This document shows, piece after piece, positions 35,425 through 47,745 of a stretch of DNA of 64,000 bases (its first letter is position 1; each line of letters begins with the position of its first letter). Origin of the DNA: Macrostomum lignano (lineage: Eukaryota); assembly GCA_002269645.1 (NCBI GenBank), contig NIVC01000944.1, positions 254,588-318,587 of the forward strand. The letters are read 5' to 3'. The notes under the pieces are model-generated. The model saw only the letters and a list, made by a program, of their open reading frames with translations, was not told the DNA's origin and did no database searches. The translations under genes were made by a program, and so were the position numbers.

Positions 35425-36158
35425 ATGAATGATAAAAATGAACACATCTATCCTGTGGTTGAGCTGCATGAAGCAGATTTGAGGGAGCGGGACTATTTCA
35501 ACCAGAGAAAGGGTGAAATCAAAGGCAGTATTGAATGCATTACTAAAGATCTTACAATTTATAGCAAAAAGGTAAAAAAGAAAAAAGGATAAATTGGATC
35601 AACATTGTGACAGGAAATGTAAGTCTCTTGGCTGCTACAGGAATTGGCATAGCAACATCGATACTGATATTGAATCCCTTAGTCATTGGAGTAGTAATCG
35701 GGGCAATGAGTGGTTTTGAAGCTGTAAAATCCACGTCGTTGTTTGCAACTGTGAAAATGCATTGCCAAAAGCAGAAGGCAAAATACATTGTTCTCAGAGA
35801 TCTGGCAAATCAATATAGAGAGAGATTGTATATTTACTCCCAAAAAGCAGTTGATGATTATAGATTAACTCTTGAAGAGGTTCAAGCAGCTGCTGCAATT
35901 TATTCAGAATACAGAGAGAAAAGAGATCAATTGTTAGACACCTGTGTTGCGCCTGAAGAAGTTAACCATTCGGAAGTCGTTGATAAAATCCTTAAAGAGA
36001 GTAGACTTGGTCAATCAGCGAAGGAAAAAATTAAAAAGGAACTGCTGGAGAAAGATCTGAGAGAAAAATTGGGTCAAAGCCATTGGGATAAGCCAAAAGA
36101 GTACTCGGCAACACTCAATCTTCAATCAAATGCTCCAAGTGCGCCCCCCTATGCTTGA
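35425..36158 (+). CDS. Membrane-associated Polinton protein (GasderminX-like); frameshift in the A-run at ~35576-35587
   Basis: Hydrophobic hairpin LLAATGIGIATSILILNPLVIGVVIGAM followed by QKAVDDYRLTLEEV...Y..KR, matching the recalled SKAL.D..IS..EF pattern. Confidence 0.5.
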
Positions 36159-36183
36159 GTCTGTTTAATTTTTTTTCTTAAAA

Positions 36184-39100
36184 ATGGAAATGAAAATACC
36201 AGCGGCCTCTTATGAATTTGATCTCGACTCCGTTGAAGAAATTCCCGGTTTAATCTCCCCAATTCTTTCTAAACATTTGATGACTAGAGATTCAATAAAA
36301 TACAGAATTTCCTTTGTCGCAGAATTTTATAAAGGAACTACCGACAGTTGGATTGAGTTCCAATATCATTCAAAGTATCGAACTTTGTTAAATCTGCTTC
36401 AAGTTGAAGATAGTATTGAAAGTACAATAAGGGATGTTCTGGATGAATTTGATGAATGGAAGGATAGTTTTAATGAAAGGGGATCGGGATATTATTTTGT
36501 TAAGTTAGTAAAGATTGTGTTGAAAGTTGTTGGCATTAATCAGTTGAAAGGAGGAACTTATATTCCAATTCCAATTAAATCAAACGCATTAGTAAATGTT
36601 AAGAACACTAAAGACAATAGGTGCTTTCTCTGGTCTATTTTAGCAAAGCTCCATCCTGTGAAGGAACATAGATATAGAGTTGGTAAGTATACACAGTATA
36701 TAAATGAAATAAACTTAGGAGACGTTAAATTTCCAGTGGACATTCGAGATATCTCTGATATTGAAAAGTTGAACAGTCTTCATATAAATGTGTTTGGATT
36801 GAGAGATATAAATACTAAAGAGTCAATATATTCTATTCGTCTGACAGAAGATTACGACAACCCCGATGTTATTGATTTACTACTTGTTGAAAATCATTAT
36901 TGCTTAATAACAGACTTGTGTTTATTCCTCACGTCCCAAAATTACAACAGGGTTTTTCTTTGTCGAAAGTGTCTTCAAGTCAAATACTCCCAGGATGCAC
37001 TGGATAATCATAAAGCAATCTGTAATGACTTCAAAGTGTCAATTGAAGTTCCAAAGATTGATAAGAGGATATTAAAGTTTAAAAACTACCACATGAGTGT
37101 AAGAAAGCCATTTGTGTTTTATGCTATATTGGATTATGTAACTTTGGATGATAAATCGCTAGAACTATCACAATGGACACTTTTTACTAGTTCTGATTAT
37201 GAAGACATTATACAGTCGGATATTATTTCAAATACTACAGTGGAATCATTCGTTGAAACCGTAATAAAAAAGTTTGAGCATATAAAAAATGAAATGGATA
37301 GATATAAACATCCAAGATTAAGTGATGTCGAAGAGACTGATTACAAAGCGGCAGAACAATGTTTTCTCTGCTCAAGGCCATTTGTAGATAGTAAAAAAAT
37401 TCGAGAGCATAATCACTACAATGGTAAATATCGCGGCGCAGCATGTCAATCATGTAATACCAAGGAGGGCAAGGCGAATCAAACGGTGCCATTGTTTCTC
37501 TTGAATGAATCTGGAAAAGATCTAAACTATTTGATAGTTCCATTAACAAGAATAAAGAATGCAGCATATAAATTGGATTTCATTTCTAAAACATCTGATG
37601 ACCATGTTGCAATCAAGTGGGGGAATTATACCAGTGGTGTTGTGTTTTTAGATGGATCTAGGTTTTTGGAACCACCATTTACACTCTCTGAAGAAGAAAT
37701 AAAATATTTGCCACCCAGTGATACAACAGCAGTAATTAGAAAGATTTACTCATTTGTCAATGCTTTTGAGACGTTTCGATCAACATTTTTGAAATATTTC
37801 AAGATAGATCCTGCGTATTGCTTTTCCCTTTCTGGATTATCGTGGGCATGTGGGTTGAAATATACCAATGTGGAATTGGAATTACTTGGTGATAAAGATA
37901 TGATATCCATGGTAGAAAGTGGTATTCGCGGCGGTTTCTCTGGAGTTCTTGGAGAAAAATGAATAACAAGTATTTAGAAAATTATGACAGCAATTCTGAA
38001 TCGTCGTACATGCTATACTTGGACAAGAATAATTTATATGGTGAAGCAATGATGAAAAATCTACCTGTGGGAGATTTCAAGTTTGAAAATGATCTAGAGT
38101 ATCACAAGAATATTCCCCAATGGCAGGGGTTGTTTTCTTGAAGTTGACCTTGAATATACAGAGGAATGTAAGAAAGCTACAAGTAAATATCCACTGGCTC
38201 CTGAGAAACGAACAACTAGATTTGAGGATTTATCTGATATACAAAAGCAATATCTTGAAGTCGAAAAGAAAAAGTTTGTTCAATCCAAGTTGATGTTGAC
38301 ATTTTACAACAAGGAGAAATATGTTTTACATCACAGACTACTTGAGTTTTATGAGAAGATGGGCATGCGAGTTATGAGAGTTCATAGAATTATTTCATTC
38401 AAAGAATCAAACTGGTTGAGTAAATACATCGAATTTAACACCAGGCGGAGAATGGAAGCAAAAACTAAATTTGAGAAAGACCTGTGGAAACTACTAAACA
38501 ACTCATTCTACGGTAAAACAATCGAAAATGTAAAGAATAGGTCGAACTTTCATCTTGTAGCTGAAGAAAAAACTGCAAGGCGTTATTTTTCTAAACCAAA
38601 TTTCAAAGATTTCATTATGTTTAGTGAGGATGCGGTTGGTATCCAAATGTACAAAAAGACAATTGCGTGTGACAAGCCAATTTATTTAGGAATGGCTATT
38701 CTGGATTATGCAAAAATGCTAATGTACGATTGCTATTACAATGTTATTGAGAAGAATTGGAACAGCTGTCAATTGCACTATTCTGATTGTGATTCGCTAA
38801 TATTCTCAGTGATTACTCAGGATGTTTATGAGGATCTTGAAAAAATTAAATAACACTTAGACACATCGGATTATCCAAGAGAGCATCCACTATACTCCGA
38901 GAAGAATAAGAAAGTCATTGGAAAGTTGAAAGATGAAATGAACGGTTCAATAATTTCCGAAGCTGTATTCCTGCGGTCAAAGGAGTATGCTTTCACTACA
39001 GTTTCAGGGGAGTGTGTTAAGATTAAGGGAGTTGATAAAGGCAGTACAAATATAAAGTTTGAAACATTTAAAAACATACTATTGACAGATTACAAAGATA

Positions 39101-39243
39101 TTCAAAGAGGTAGAGTAAGTATGACTGTATCTGAAAAAAATAAAATATATATTCGTGAGATTATGAAACAAACAATGAGTCCGTTAGATGATAAAAGATA
39201 TTATTTGGATCCTATCAGATCTATTCCTTATCAGCCAATGTAA
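36184..39243 (+). CDS. Protein-primed family B DNA polymerase with N-terminal TP/vOTU-like region, C2H2 finger and EndoVII-like insert; frameshifts at ~37958 and ~38118, in-frame TAA at 38851-38853
   Basis: ERGSG, DNRCFLWS..HYCL, CRKC..H..C, CFLC..HNH..G.YRG..C..CN, GIRGG, YLDKNNLYG (A), KLLNNSFYGK (B), YSDCDS (C), GKLKDE, LRSKEY, KIKGV. Confidence 0.92.
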
Positions 39244-41691
39244 TCTCATTGATAACATCTTCGTTTATTTTTTTCGTGCACTGTAGCAACACATTTCTAG
39301 TTTCTTGCTGTTTACCATCTATCCTACGCCTATATCTATCCTTATAATACTTACAATAGTCTTTGTGATTCTTGAAGAAATCTGTTATGTATTGTTGTTG
39401 GAATTCACGTTTCTCACGTTGGGCTAGAGTCCTATAGTATTCACTCTCTGTTGCGGCAGTGTAAATTTCTCTAATAAGCATAAATGTTTTTTCCTCAGTT
39501 TCTAAAAATTCATAATTCTCTTCAAAGAAGTGAGAAAACCAATTACAATTTTGTATGAATTCATTAGTGTTTTCAATTACGCTTTTCGATCGATATATTT
39601 CACCCTTTGTTTGCTTGAAAATTTCTAGTAGGTTTTTCATCTCAGCAAACTTATATTTATTCTTAAATTCCTCGGTTTTAAGATATGAATCGGCTTTATA
39701 AATGTGTTTCGCATGATCAATGATGTCGGTATCTGTTGTATATTTACATGGGTAATTAATATTTATAATTCGTCTTTTTTCTGCATCTCCAATATTTTGT
39801 CTAAAGTCAGGCTTGTTATTACATTCGACTATCAGAGTTGCGTGTAAAACGACATTACACTGGCTTGAATATAAATTTCTAGCTTGGATAACCCCACCAA
39901 CAGTTAGTAATTTTATTGATGCATTGTTCAAGACACCACTTACTTCTTGACTGATAACCAACCTCTTTTTAATAATTTTTGCTAGGGCTGGTTGTGGCAT
40001 GTCTATTCTTATTGGTAAATTCAAAACATCAGGACTCAGTGGTGCTGCATAATCAGATCCTAGATTTCTAAGAAGTAGGTTGTCCTCAACCCCTTGCCAT
40101 TTCCACCAGCGCCATCAAACATTATAAAGTTTTCAACATTCTTACCCATTAGAGCTGTGGCTATAACGGATTCCCAACTCTTTCTGTTTTCTGGATCGGG
40201 ATGAATTTGGTTATGCAGATTAACAATGAACTCATAGTCGTCATCACTCACTCCAAGTACATCCGAGTAATTATATCCCACCGATTTAGTAACGTAATCG
40301 TCAAATCTATACTCGCGAAACTCACCTGTAAGGAGGTCGTATACTCCATCGTTAAACCCTAGCAAATTCCATTTCATGTCGAATTCAATTTCATTGTTAG
40401 TAAACCTCTCTTTGAACAAAGTAGTTACCTGTTTGAGTTTGTTGGCTCCTTGTATTGAATTTATATTCTTCATTGTACTCTGTAGTTTCTTTTCAAGTGC
40501 TTTTAACTTTTCTTTATCATCAGCCGCCTTCTTAATTGCAATTTCGAGTCTAGTCTTTCGGTGGTTTAACTCACTGCTAACAAGGTCTGATATTTTAAGA
40601 AATATGTCATTTATACTACTTAGTTCTCTCCACTTATCATCATCAAAATAGTAAACACCATCGCTATTGTAAATTATATTATTCTTCTTATATTCATAAA
40701 CAAAGTTGGTTATGTTAACGTCAGTGAAATTATCATCAAGATACTCAATCCTACCATAATAATCATATTTGCTTTTCCATTCCTTATATTTACAATAATT
40801 TTCTTCACTAGCCCATTTCTTTAGTGTACCGATAGTAAGTCTGTCCTGTGCATCAGCAGAGCTGGTATTGGTGCTATTCCACACATTTTTACATGCCTCG
40901 GAATCGAACTTATCATAATTTACTTTTGACCAATCAGTGAATACTTTGTACATTTCATCACCACTGTCTATGTCGCGGAGTATAAGTGCTACCTTGTACC
41001 AAGAATCATAGTCTTGGTTTTTGTGCTGTATTATACTTAACAACTTTGAAGCTCCTTCACAAGTGGGTGGTTGAACGGTGCTTTTTAGTGCCTGTTTATC
41101 GGGTTCTTGGTTTTCTTTTTTATCCTGTGGCTTTATTAATCTATTTATCTCATCAAGAATTACAACTGGCATGTCTATTAAACATTTGGACTTTGTACGT
41201 TTGTATTCCTTAATTTCACCATCGACATAATAGAAACCTGGTGGAGCAAATACTAAGGCGGGAATATCAAAACCCACACTTTGTTGAATCGTTACTTTCA
41301 ATCCATCTACCTTGTTAAAGTAAAAGTGATGACCCTTGTTTGTCTGAACAATCCAATCACAATGAGTCATACACAGTTCATTCAACTCAGGGCATAGGTC
41401 AGCATTATCAATATCGATTATGGTTATATTTGAGTTTCTAGTATCTATCCAAATCATGTTGTCTACATCTGGTCGAAATGGTGGTGAGGTTGAATTCCTA
41501 TCTGCTTTGGTTGGCATTCCTGATGGTATTTTTTTCTTTGTTTTACTATTCCATGTTACACTGCAACTTCCGAATCTAAAATTAAGTTCTCCATAGAGAT
41601 TAATTAGTTTATCGTACGATTTTGTTTGTTCTAAATTTGTCAATCTTGGTGGTGGGGCATCATGGTTTTGAAGCGGATCCTGTACGATCAC
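39221..41691 (-). CDS. AEP primase-polymerase + PriCT-2 + D5-like SF3 helicase; one 1-nt frameshift in a G-run at ~40095
   Basis: IIDID, TNKGHHFYF, GFD (AEP motifs I-III); YDSWYKVALIL..WS (PriCT-2); LLGFNDGVYDL; Walker A GAGGNGKG, RLVISQE, VECNNKP, KRRI. One extra G joins the two ORFs (GKGVEDNLLLRNLG). Start codon unclear. Confidence 0.88.
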
Positions 41692-41775
41692 AGGAGAGAA
41701 ACTTGAATCGTTTTGATTTTTTCTTTCGATTTTATTTAAAATAAATTTAAATATATTAATTTAAATTTAAATTTA

Positions 41776-42082
41776 ACTTATTTTTAGTGATTTTCAAAAT
41801 GAGTGAGGGCATGAGGGCGAGGGCACCCCCCCTTTTTAAAAGTATAAAAATTCCGGAAAATCTGTGTTCTGTGAAATATTCCACAAGCCAATGCCCCCAC
41901 ATGCCCTCACCCTCAACACCCTCACTCACAGATATATATATATTTACATATCACACCCCACTTGAATCCATGACCTCCTGGTAGTAGTAGTATGTTATAA
42001 GGGGCTGAGTCATCCAGCGAGCTGGCGCGCAATGCGCCCGAGCAATTAAGTGTGGCGCAGCCCCTTATAACATACTACTACT
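41776..42082 (-). repeat. Right terminal inverted repeat of the Polinton
   Basis: Reverse complement of 28123-28430; contains a perfect 25-bp internal stem (41983-42007 / 42058-42082). Confidence 0.95.
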
Positions 42083-42709
42083 GCTGTCTGCTTGTCGGGA
42101 GGCAAATAGCATTATATATATGAGCGTAACTTGGGAGTTTCGCAACTTAGAGATGCGGCATTCGCTCGGTAAAGCTATGTGCTCTTCAACAAACAAAATA
42201 CAAGCTTCCGAAGCTCACCTTTAATATCGCCAAACATAGCAAGCAATTATATCGTTGGAGAAAGTGAGTACATGAAAATTTGATCGTGTTGTTACCTTTT
42301 TGTTAGATGCCGATCATTCTAATCTTTGTAGCCCTTGAATGTTCAGATATGCTCAGCAACATTGAAAAGTTGCCGCTCTATGCGCCAGTGAGCAATTTCT
42401 CTTGGACCATTCTGAAATAAAAGACTGAAATAAAAGACGAAAAAACTGATCGGGGTAGCTTTAATCCGTCCAACCCTCGCACACCGCTCCACCACTTCAT
42501 TCCACAACTCAAGTCTTCCGTCGCGTAGCTGAGTTGCGTCACTCACAAATATTGAGAGACTTTACCTACACTCTCAAAAGTGGCCACCACGGACGAAATC
42601 TTCTGTGATGGCGACTTTTCGATGTTGCTAAGTATATACCATTGACTGTTCAGATATGTCTTTGAGTAGTAGGCATGATGACAGTTCCAGGCCAAAATTG
42701 TCAAAATCC

Positions 42710-43062
42710 CCCTTAGATCCACATCTACTAATATCTATTGACACATAATGCGCTTACATCTAAAATCAGCTGACACCATGCAATACCTACAGCCGCTTAT
42801 CTAAAAGGGTGATAAAAAAGTCAACCACCCCCTTCCATATAACAACCTCAGATCAACATCTACTAAAATCTATTGACACACAATGCGCCTACATTAAAAA
42901 TCAGCTATCCCAATGTAATATCTACACGTCTTTATCGAAATTGGAAAAGTGCAAAACTACCCCTTTCCTAAAAATCAACATATACTAAGACCTATTCATA
43001 CACAATGCACTCACATCTGAAATCAGCTATCACCATGCAATACCTACAGCTGCTCATCTAAG
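42710..43062. repeat. Diverged ~130-bp tandem repeat, ~3 copies
   Basis: Recurring CATCTACTAA..ATCTATTGACAC..AATGCGC.TACAT..AAAATCAGCT..CCATG.AATA.CTACA. Confidence 0.7.
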
Positions 43063-43439
43063 TGGGAAAACCAGTCTCCCCCTCTCCTCATAGCTCGTAC
43101 ATTTCTACACAGCAAGTTCCAAGCTCTCGCTTTCCACGTTTTTACGTAAAGTCAATCCATGGTAGCTCCATCTTCAGAGTACGGTTAATTCACGATATTT
43201 CCACGGTAATTCCATGGGTTTGCCTAGCAGAGATTAGGTCCATGTTCAGACGGTAATTCCACAGAATTGCCGTGGAAATATCGTGGACTTGCCAGGCAGA
43301 GAGAGCAAAGATATACCAATCTAGCCTCGCCTCTCCTCATGCAAATACATTGAGAGAAATTGGAGACAGAAAAAGAAAAGGCCCACTTGAAAGCGCATGC
43401 GAGCATACATTGTAATCATGCCTACTACTTCTTTGACTG

Positions 43440-43828
43440 TTGACATGCCATTATATGCCATTGACTGTTCAGATATGCCATTGACTGTTCAGATATGCCC
43501 TTGACTGTTCAGACAGGCCATTGACTGTTCAGATATGCCATTGACTGTTCAGATATGCCATTGACTGTTCAGATATGCCCTTGACTGTTCAGACAGGCCA
43601 TTGACTGTTCAGATATGCCATTGACTGTTCAGATATGCCATTGACTGTTCAGATATGCCATTGACTGTTCAGATATGCCCTTGACTGTTCAGATATGCCC
43701 TTGACTGTTCAGATATGCCCTTGACTGTTCAGATATGCCCTTGACTGTTCAGATATGCCCTTGACTGTTCAGATATGCCCTTGACTGTTCAGATATGCCC
43801 TTGACTGTTCATATATGCCCTTGACTGT
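43440..43828. repeat. 20-bp minisatellite (CC[A/C]TTGACTGTTCAGATATG)
   Basis: Visible tandem units; one isolated identical unit at 42639-42658. Confidence 0.93.
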
Positions 43829-44431
43829 TGTGGGAGCCGATGCAGTCTGAAAGTTTATTTGGGGGTGTCAAGATAAAGATGGTGTGCTGGGACTACATTG
43901 CTCTGCTTGATCACCCAGAGCACCTATTACCGAGTTCTTTGCAATATTTCTTTGTAACCTTGTTAAAGTATGGGTCTGAAAGAGATTACTGTGACTCAGC
44001 GTCCATGCTTGTATCTCTATCATTCACGAAAGTTCAAGTGCACAGCCTTCAGCATGCGTTCTGGCATGCTCTTGATGATGGGTTGGCCTGTAAGATGGTG
44101 TAAATTCTGAATCTGTCACCAAATAGTAGAGAAGCATAAGATTATAGGAGTATTAAAAGCATATCAGAAGAAGCAAGTAAGTGACACTTTCCATCGCCAG
44201 GTTGATACTTAAGAGTTTCAATGTCACTTTGGATTCAGGAAAATAACTCGGTAGAGTTAAGTCTTGTTATGATAACTACACATAAATTAATTTGATTCTA
44301 ATGACACTTCAATGCCAGCGCTCAGGAGCATGATTTCTTATGATCGATCGAACATTTCCCTAAGCCACAAATTCATGAAATGGCGTCCATCAAGCATTCT
44401 CAGCAAGCTACACTCATCATCTGAACTGCAG

Positions 44432-47400
44432 ATGCAGATGCAGAAGAGGCCGACGCCCTCATCGTCGGTGGAGTCAGCGTCAGATCAAACTGCTCAGCAT
44501 GCAGCCCGAATGGATTACAAAGCTCAGCAGCTGCAGCAGCAGCAGGAGGAGGAGCTTCGAGATAATAATTTTATGGAGCAGGCATTTCCACAGAATCCTC
44601 AGCTGAGGCACACACTGCAGCAGTCTGTAAGTGATGAATGCAAGTTGATGATACTGGTATTTAAATTGAGTTCAGGGGCGTCGCCACCGGGTGGGGACAG
44701 GGGGACACGTCCCCCCCAATGAAAGCTATGGGTGGTCACATGCATATGCTTTGTCCCCCACCCCACCTTGTGACCCGTTGTGGAAATCAATAACTTTGCT
44801 TCAGAGCACCAAAACGTTAAACCTTTGGCGTTAAAATGAGTGCTTGCAGCTCCAAAATGAGTGCTTGCAACTCCAAAACGAGTGCCTGTTGCGCTAAATT
44901 GATAAAATGAGTGCATGCAGCGCCAGGATAAGCGCTAACAACACCGATTTTTAAAATAATGCAGGAATTAAGTGAATTGACTCATGTACGGCTCATAGAA
45001 TTCTTGGCTTTGCCCCCCCCCCACCATAAAATCCATGGCGACGCCCTGAGTGAGTTTGTCATTGCGAACAAATAACTACAACAATGAATTACGATGAATT
45101 CATATCAGTATTTCATATGATGAATTATAATAAATGATAAATTTCAGATGACAATGGCTGCTCAAAACAACAGACGCGATCAGTCAGTGATGGATGAAAT
45201 CAATCGTTTGAACGATTCCATTGATGAAGCCATGAGAGACAACCCACAGTTAGTAGCAGCGATCGATGAAGTTGTGCAGGAGGAGCCGGAGTTCGTGCAG
45301 CTGCTTGAAGAAGAACAGAACGAAGCTGGGAATAAGATTTGTCAAGCTGATTTGCTTTTTGCTAAAGCAAAGGGCCGAGACGGCATGTACCCGTATATTG
45401 ACAATACTAACTCGCATCTCCTTGAACCTGGAGTGGTACTTGGATTCAAATACTACGGAGTGAATCACAATGGTATTTTGGAGTCAGTAGATAAAACTAA
45501 ACCTCTGACAGTAACGGTTATTCATTATGGCCGAGATCCTCTGAATAGTCCCTGTCGCATCATTCGAGAGAAGATAGAAGTAAAACTTGATGGAAGAAGC
45601 TTTTGGGTTGACCTTCATCCGATGAAGAGCTGCTATCCGAAGCAGACTGTCATCGCCAGAGCCAGGAGCAGGCTGAATGAGGCTGATCATTCGGTCCTGA
45701 CTAATCGCGCAAGTCACTTTTCCAAGTGGTGTAAAATTATCAGTCCAGACAACAGAGCGTGCTGTAAAGTGCCAATTTATGTGAATGACGCACTGCCTGT
45801 ACACGAACTGAAATCGGGAGACCATCTGCAGATTAAATCGGACGGAAAGCGGATTCATTGCGAGATCATTGATGTTCAAAACGTTGGTGCAGTCCCTGAT
45901 ACAAAGCGTGTGACAATGAACACACTGTCTGAGGACAGGACATCACTGACACAGATCACTCGTGATGTTACTCTACGAGATAAAAATGTGAAGCTCATAG
46001 TGCATAATGATGTGACACAGGACTGTGAGCTGCATGGAGGAGGATATGAGCAACCCAAGTACACAGCTGAGAAAGTCACTGATGTATCAGTGATTAAAAG
46101 AGGCTGCGTGATCAGCAGAAGATCAGGCACAAGTCAGCCATACTCACATTATGTTGTGATTGCTGTTCATGATCAAAATGACAAAGAAATCGACCAAACG
46201 CATGACCGAAACAAGAAAATGAAGTTGACAGTTATGACATACGCGATCAAATTCAAAAGGTCATTTGATACTCAGTTTGAGATTGTGCAAATGCAACTTG
46301 ACCTTGACAATGTAAACAAGGACGCAGTTTACTTGATAAAGTACCAAGCGATGGAGCGCACCCGCTGCTCACCTGATGAAGTTGTGAGCAGAGCATTGTC
46401 TCGTGAAGGCGAGCGCGAGCATGACATTGAGTTGAACAGCAGCCGAGACTTTGCCAGATGGTGCAGCATCAAGCATGCGAGTAACAGAGAGCAGTGCAGA
46501 GTGAGAGTTCATTCAGCTCAGCAGCTGCTGGACTTTAACAGAGGGCACATTCGCTTCCCACGTTTCAGTGTTGCCAATAAATCTGTGTATGATCATCATG
46601 CACTGATGTGTCACTGTGAAACAGTGGCTGGTCACTGTGATCTGGTTCGTGTGACACTTTATGAGAATAACAGTGAGTTAAAGAGAGTGAGAGCAGAGAA
46701 CTTGAGCATTCCAGCAGATCAAACTGTGACTAGATTTATTTATGATGGAGCAGACTGTAACGATTTGAGTGACAGGTATGATTCTGTGATGGGTCTAAAA
46801 TTCATTGATGCAGCAAACAAAATGAGCAGTGCTGACTTCTGCTTTTGGTTGAGAACTGGAGGCAGCTTCAGTGACTTGTTGGCTATAAAAGATAAACGCA
46901 GGTCGAGGCCTGAATCACTGCAGGAGAGAGTAGTCAAAGGAAATGATTTGAGGGACTCAGACCATATAAAACTTGTCAAAAAAATACACGGCAAAGAGCA
47001 GGAAGTACATTATGTTCTGACAAGCTGGGATCAGCCGTCGCAGACTTGGAATGCAGTGACTTATGAGTTTGAGGAGGATCACAGTCTGCAGTTAGGAGTC
47101 AGGCGGGTCACGGGAATTCTGCAAATCAATGAGAACAGCAAAGTTGATAAAGTTGTTCACAACCGGGAGATTGACTGGATCGAAGTTGAGAAGAAATTCA
47201 ATGAGCTGCGTGGGATGCAGATCTACGATCTGAGGTACTTCAACTGTGAGCATCTTGTGAATTATCTGACTCTGGGACGCAAGTATTCAAGGCAGTGGTA
47301 CGATGCAATTAAGAATTCCGCTCGTGCTGGCAGCCGTTCCAATGAACTGATGAAGGTGGTGAGGGCGGTGTTAAAGATTCTGACAAAAGTATCACCTGAA

Positions 47401-47745
47401 ACAGAAGCCACAGTTTCTTTTATTCCGGATAAGGGCACTGTAGTCTGTGAATCAATTGCCATTGCAATAGCTGTTGCTATGTTTATCATCAAGCTGATCA
47501 GAATAACTCGCAATTATTCTCGCAACAGAATGTCTGGCAATGAGTTTCGTGTTGAAAGGAAGAGAGCGATATTCCTGTTTGTAGCTGCAGTTGCTGGAGT
47601 GATCACAACTGCTGTAGTGATGACTGCATCGCCTCATTTCGTACTTGGCTTCCTCTCCACTGTGGCGATCGCGGCTGCTCTTGGTCTTGGAGCAGCCGGC
47701 TTATGTCGTGCGCCAGCTGCATACCGAATGATGACTGAGCCTTGA
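44432..47745 (+). CDS. Multi-domain LRAT/PLAAT-like (permuted NlpC/P60) protein with C-terminal hydrophobic helices; main exon 45148-47745, probable upstream Gln-rich exon ending at 44626
   Basis: Four LRAT-like segments ending TNRASHFSKWC, LNSSRDFARWC, NKMSSADFCFWL and YFNCEHLVNYL. TTTCAG acceptor at 45147 and phase-0 GTAAGT donor at 44627. True start uncertain. Confidence 0.7.
44673..45048. mobile_element. hAT-like MITE (376 bp) in the LRAT gene intron
   Basis: CAGGGGCGTCGCCA...TGGCGACGCCCTG ends; 8-bp TSD ATTGAGTT / AGTGAGTT (7 of 8 match). Confidence 0.75.

Larger units (their letters stand above)
28123..42082. mobile_element. Polinton/Maverick (adintovirus-like) endogenous dsDNA virus, 13,960 bp
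   Basis: AGTAGTAGT...ACTACTACT termini, ~307-bp TIRs, 6-bp TSD GCTGTC (28117-28122, 42083-42088); intronless AT-rich gene block with rve integrase, pPolB, C5 protease and capsid-like genes. Confidence 0.96.

Noticed and set aside
37959-38141. Short ORFs 37959, 38290 and 38926 as separate genes
   Set aside because: They are consecutive pieces of one pPolB broken by frameshifts and a stop.
28123-42082. Packaging ATPase or chromodomain in the Polinton
   Set aside because: The only Walker A found belongs to the SF3 helicase, and the integrase C-terminus shows no chromodomain motif; not reported as features.
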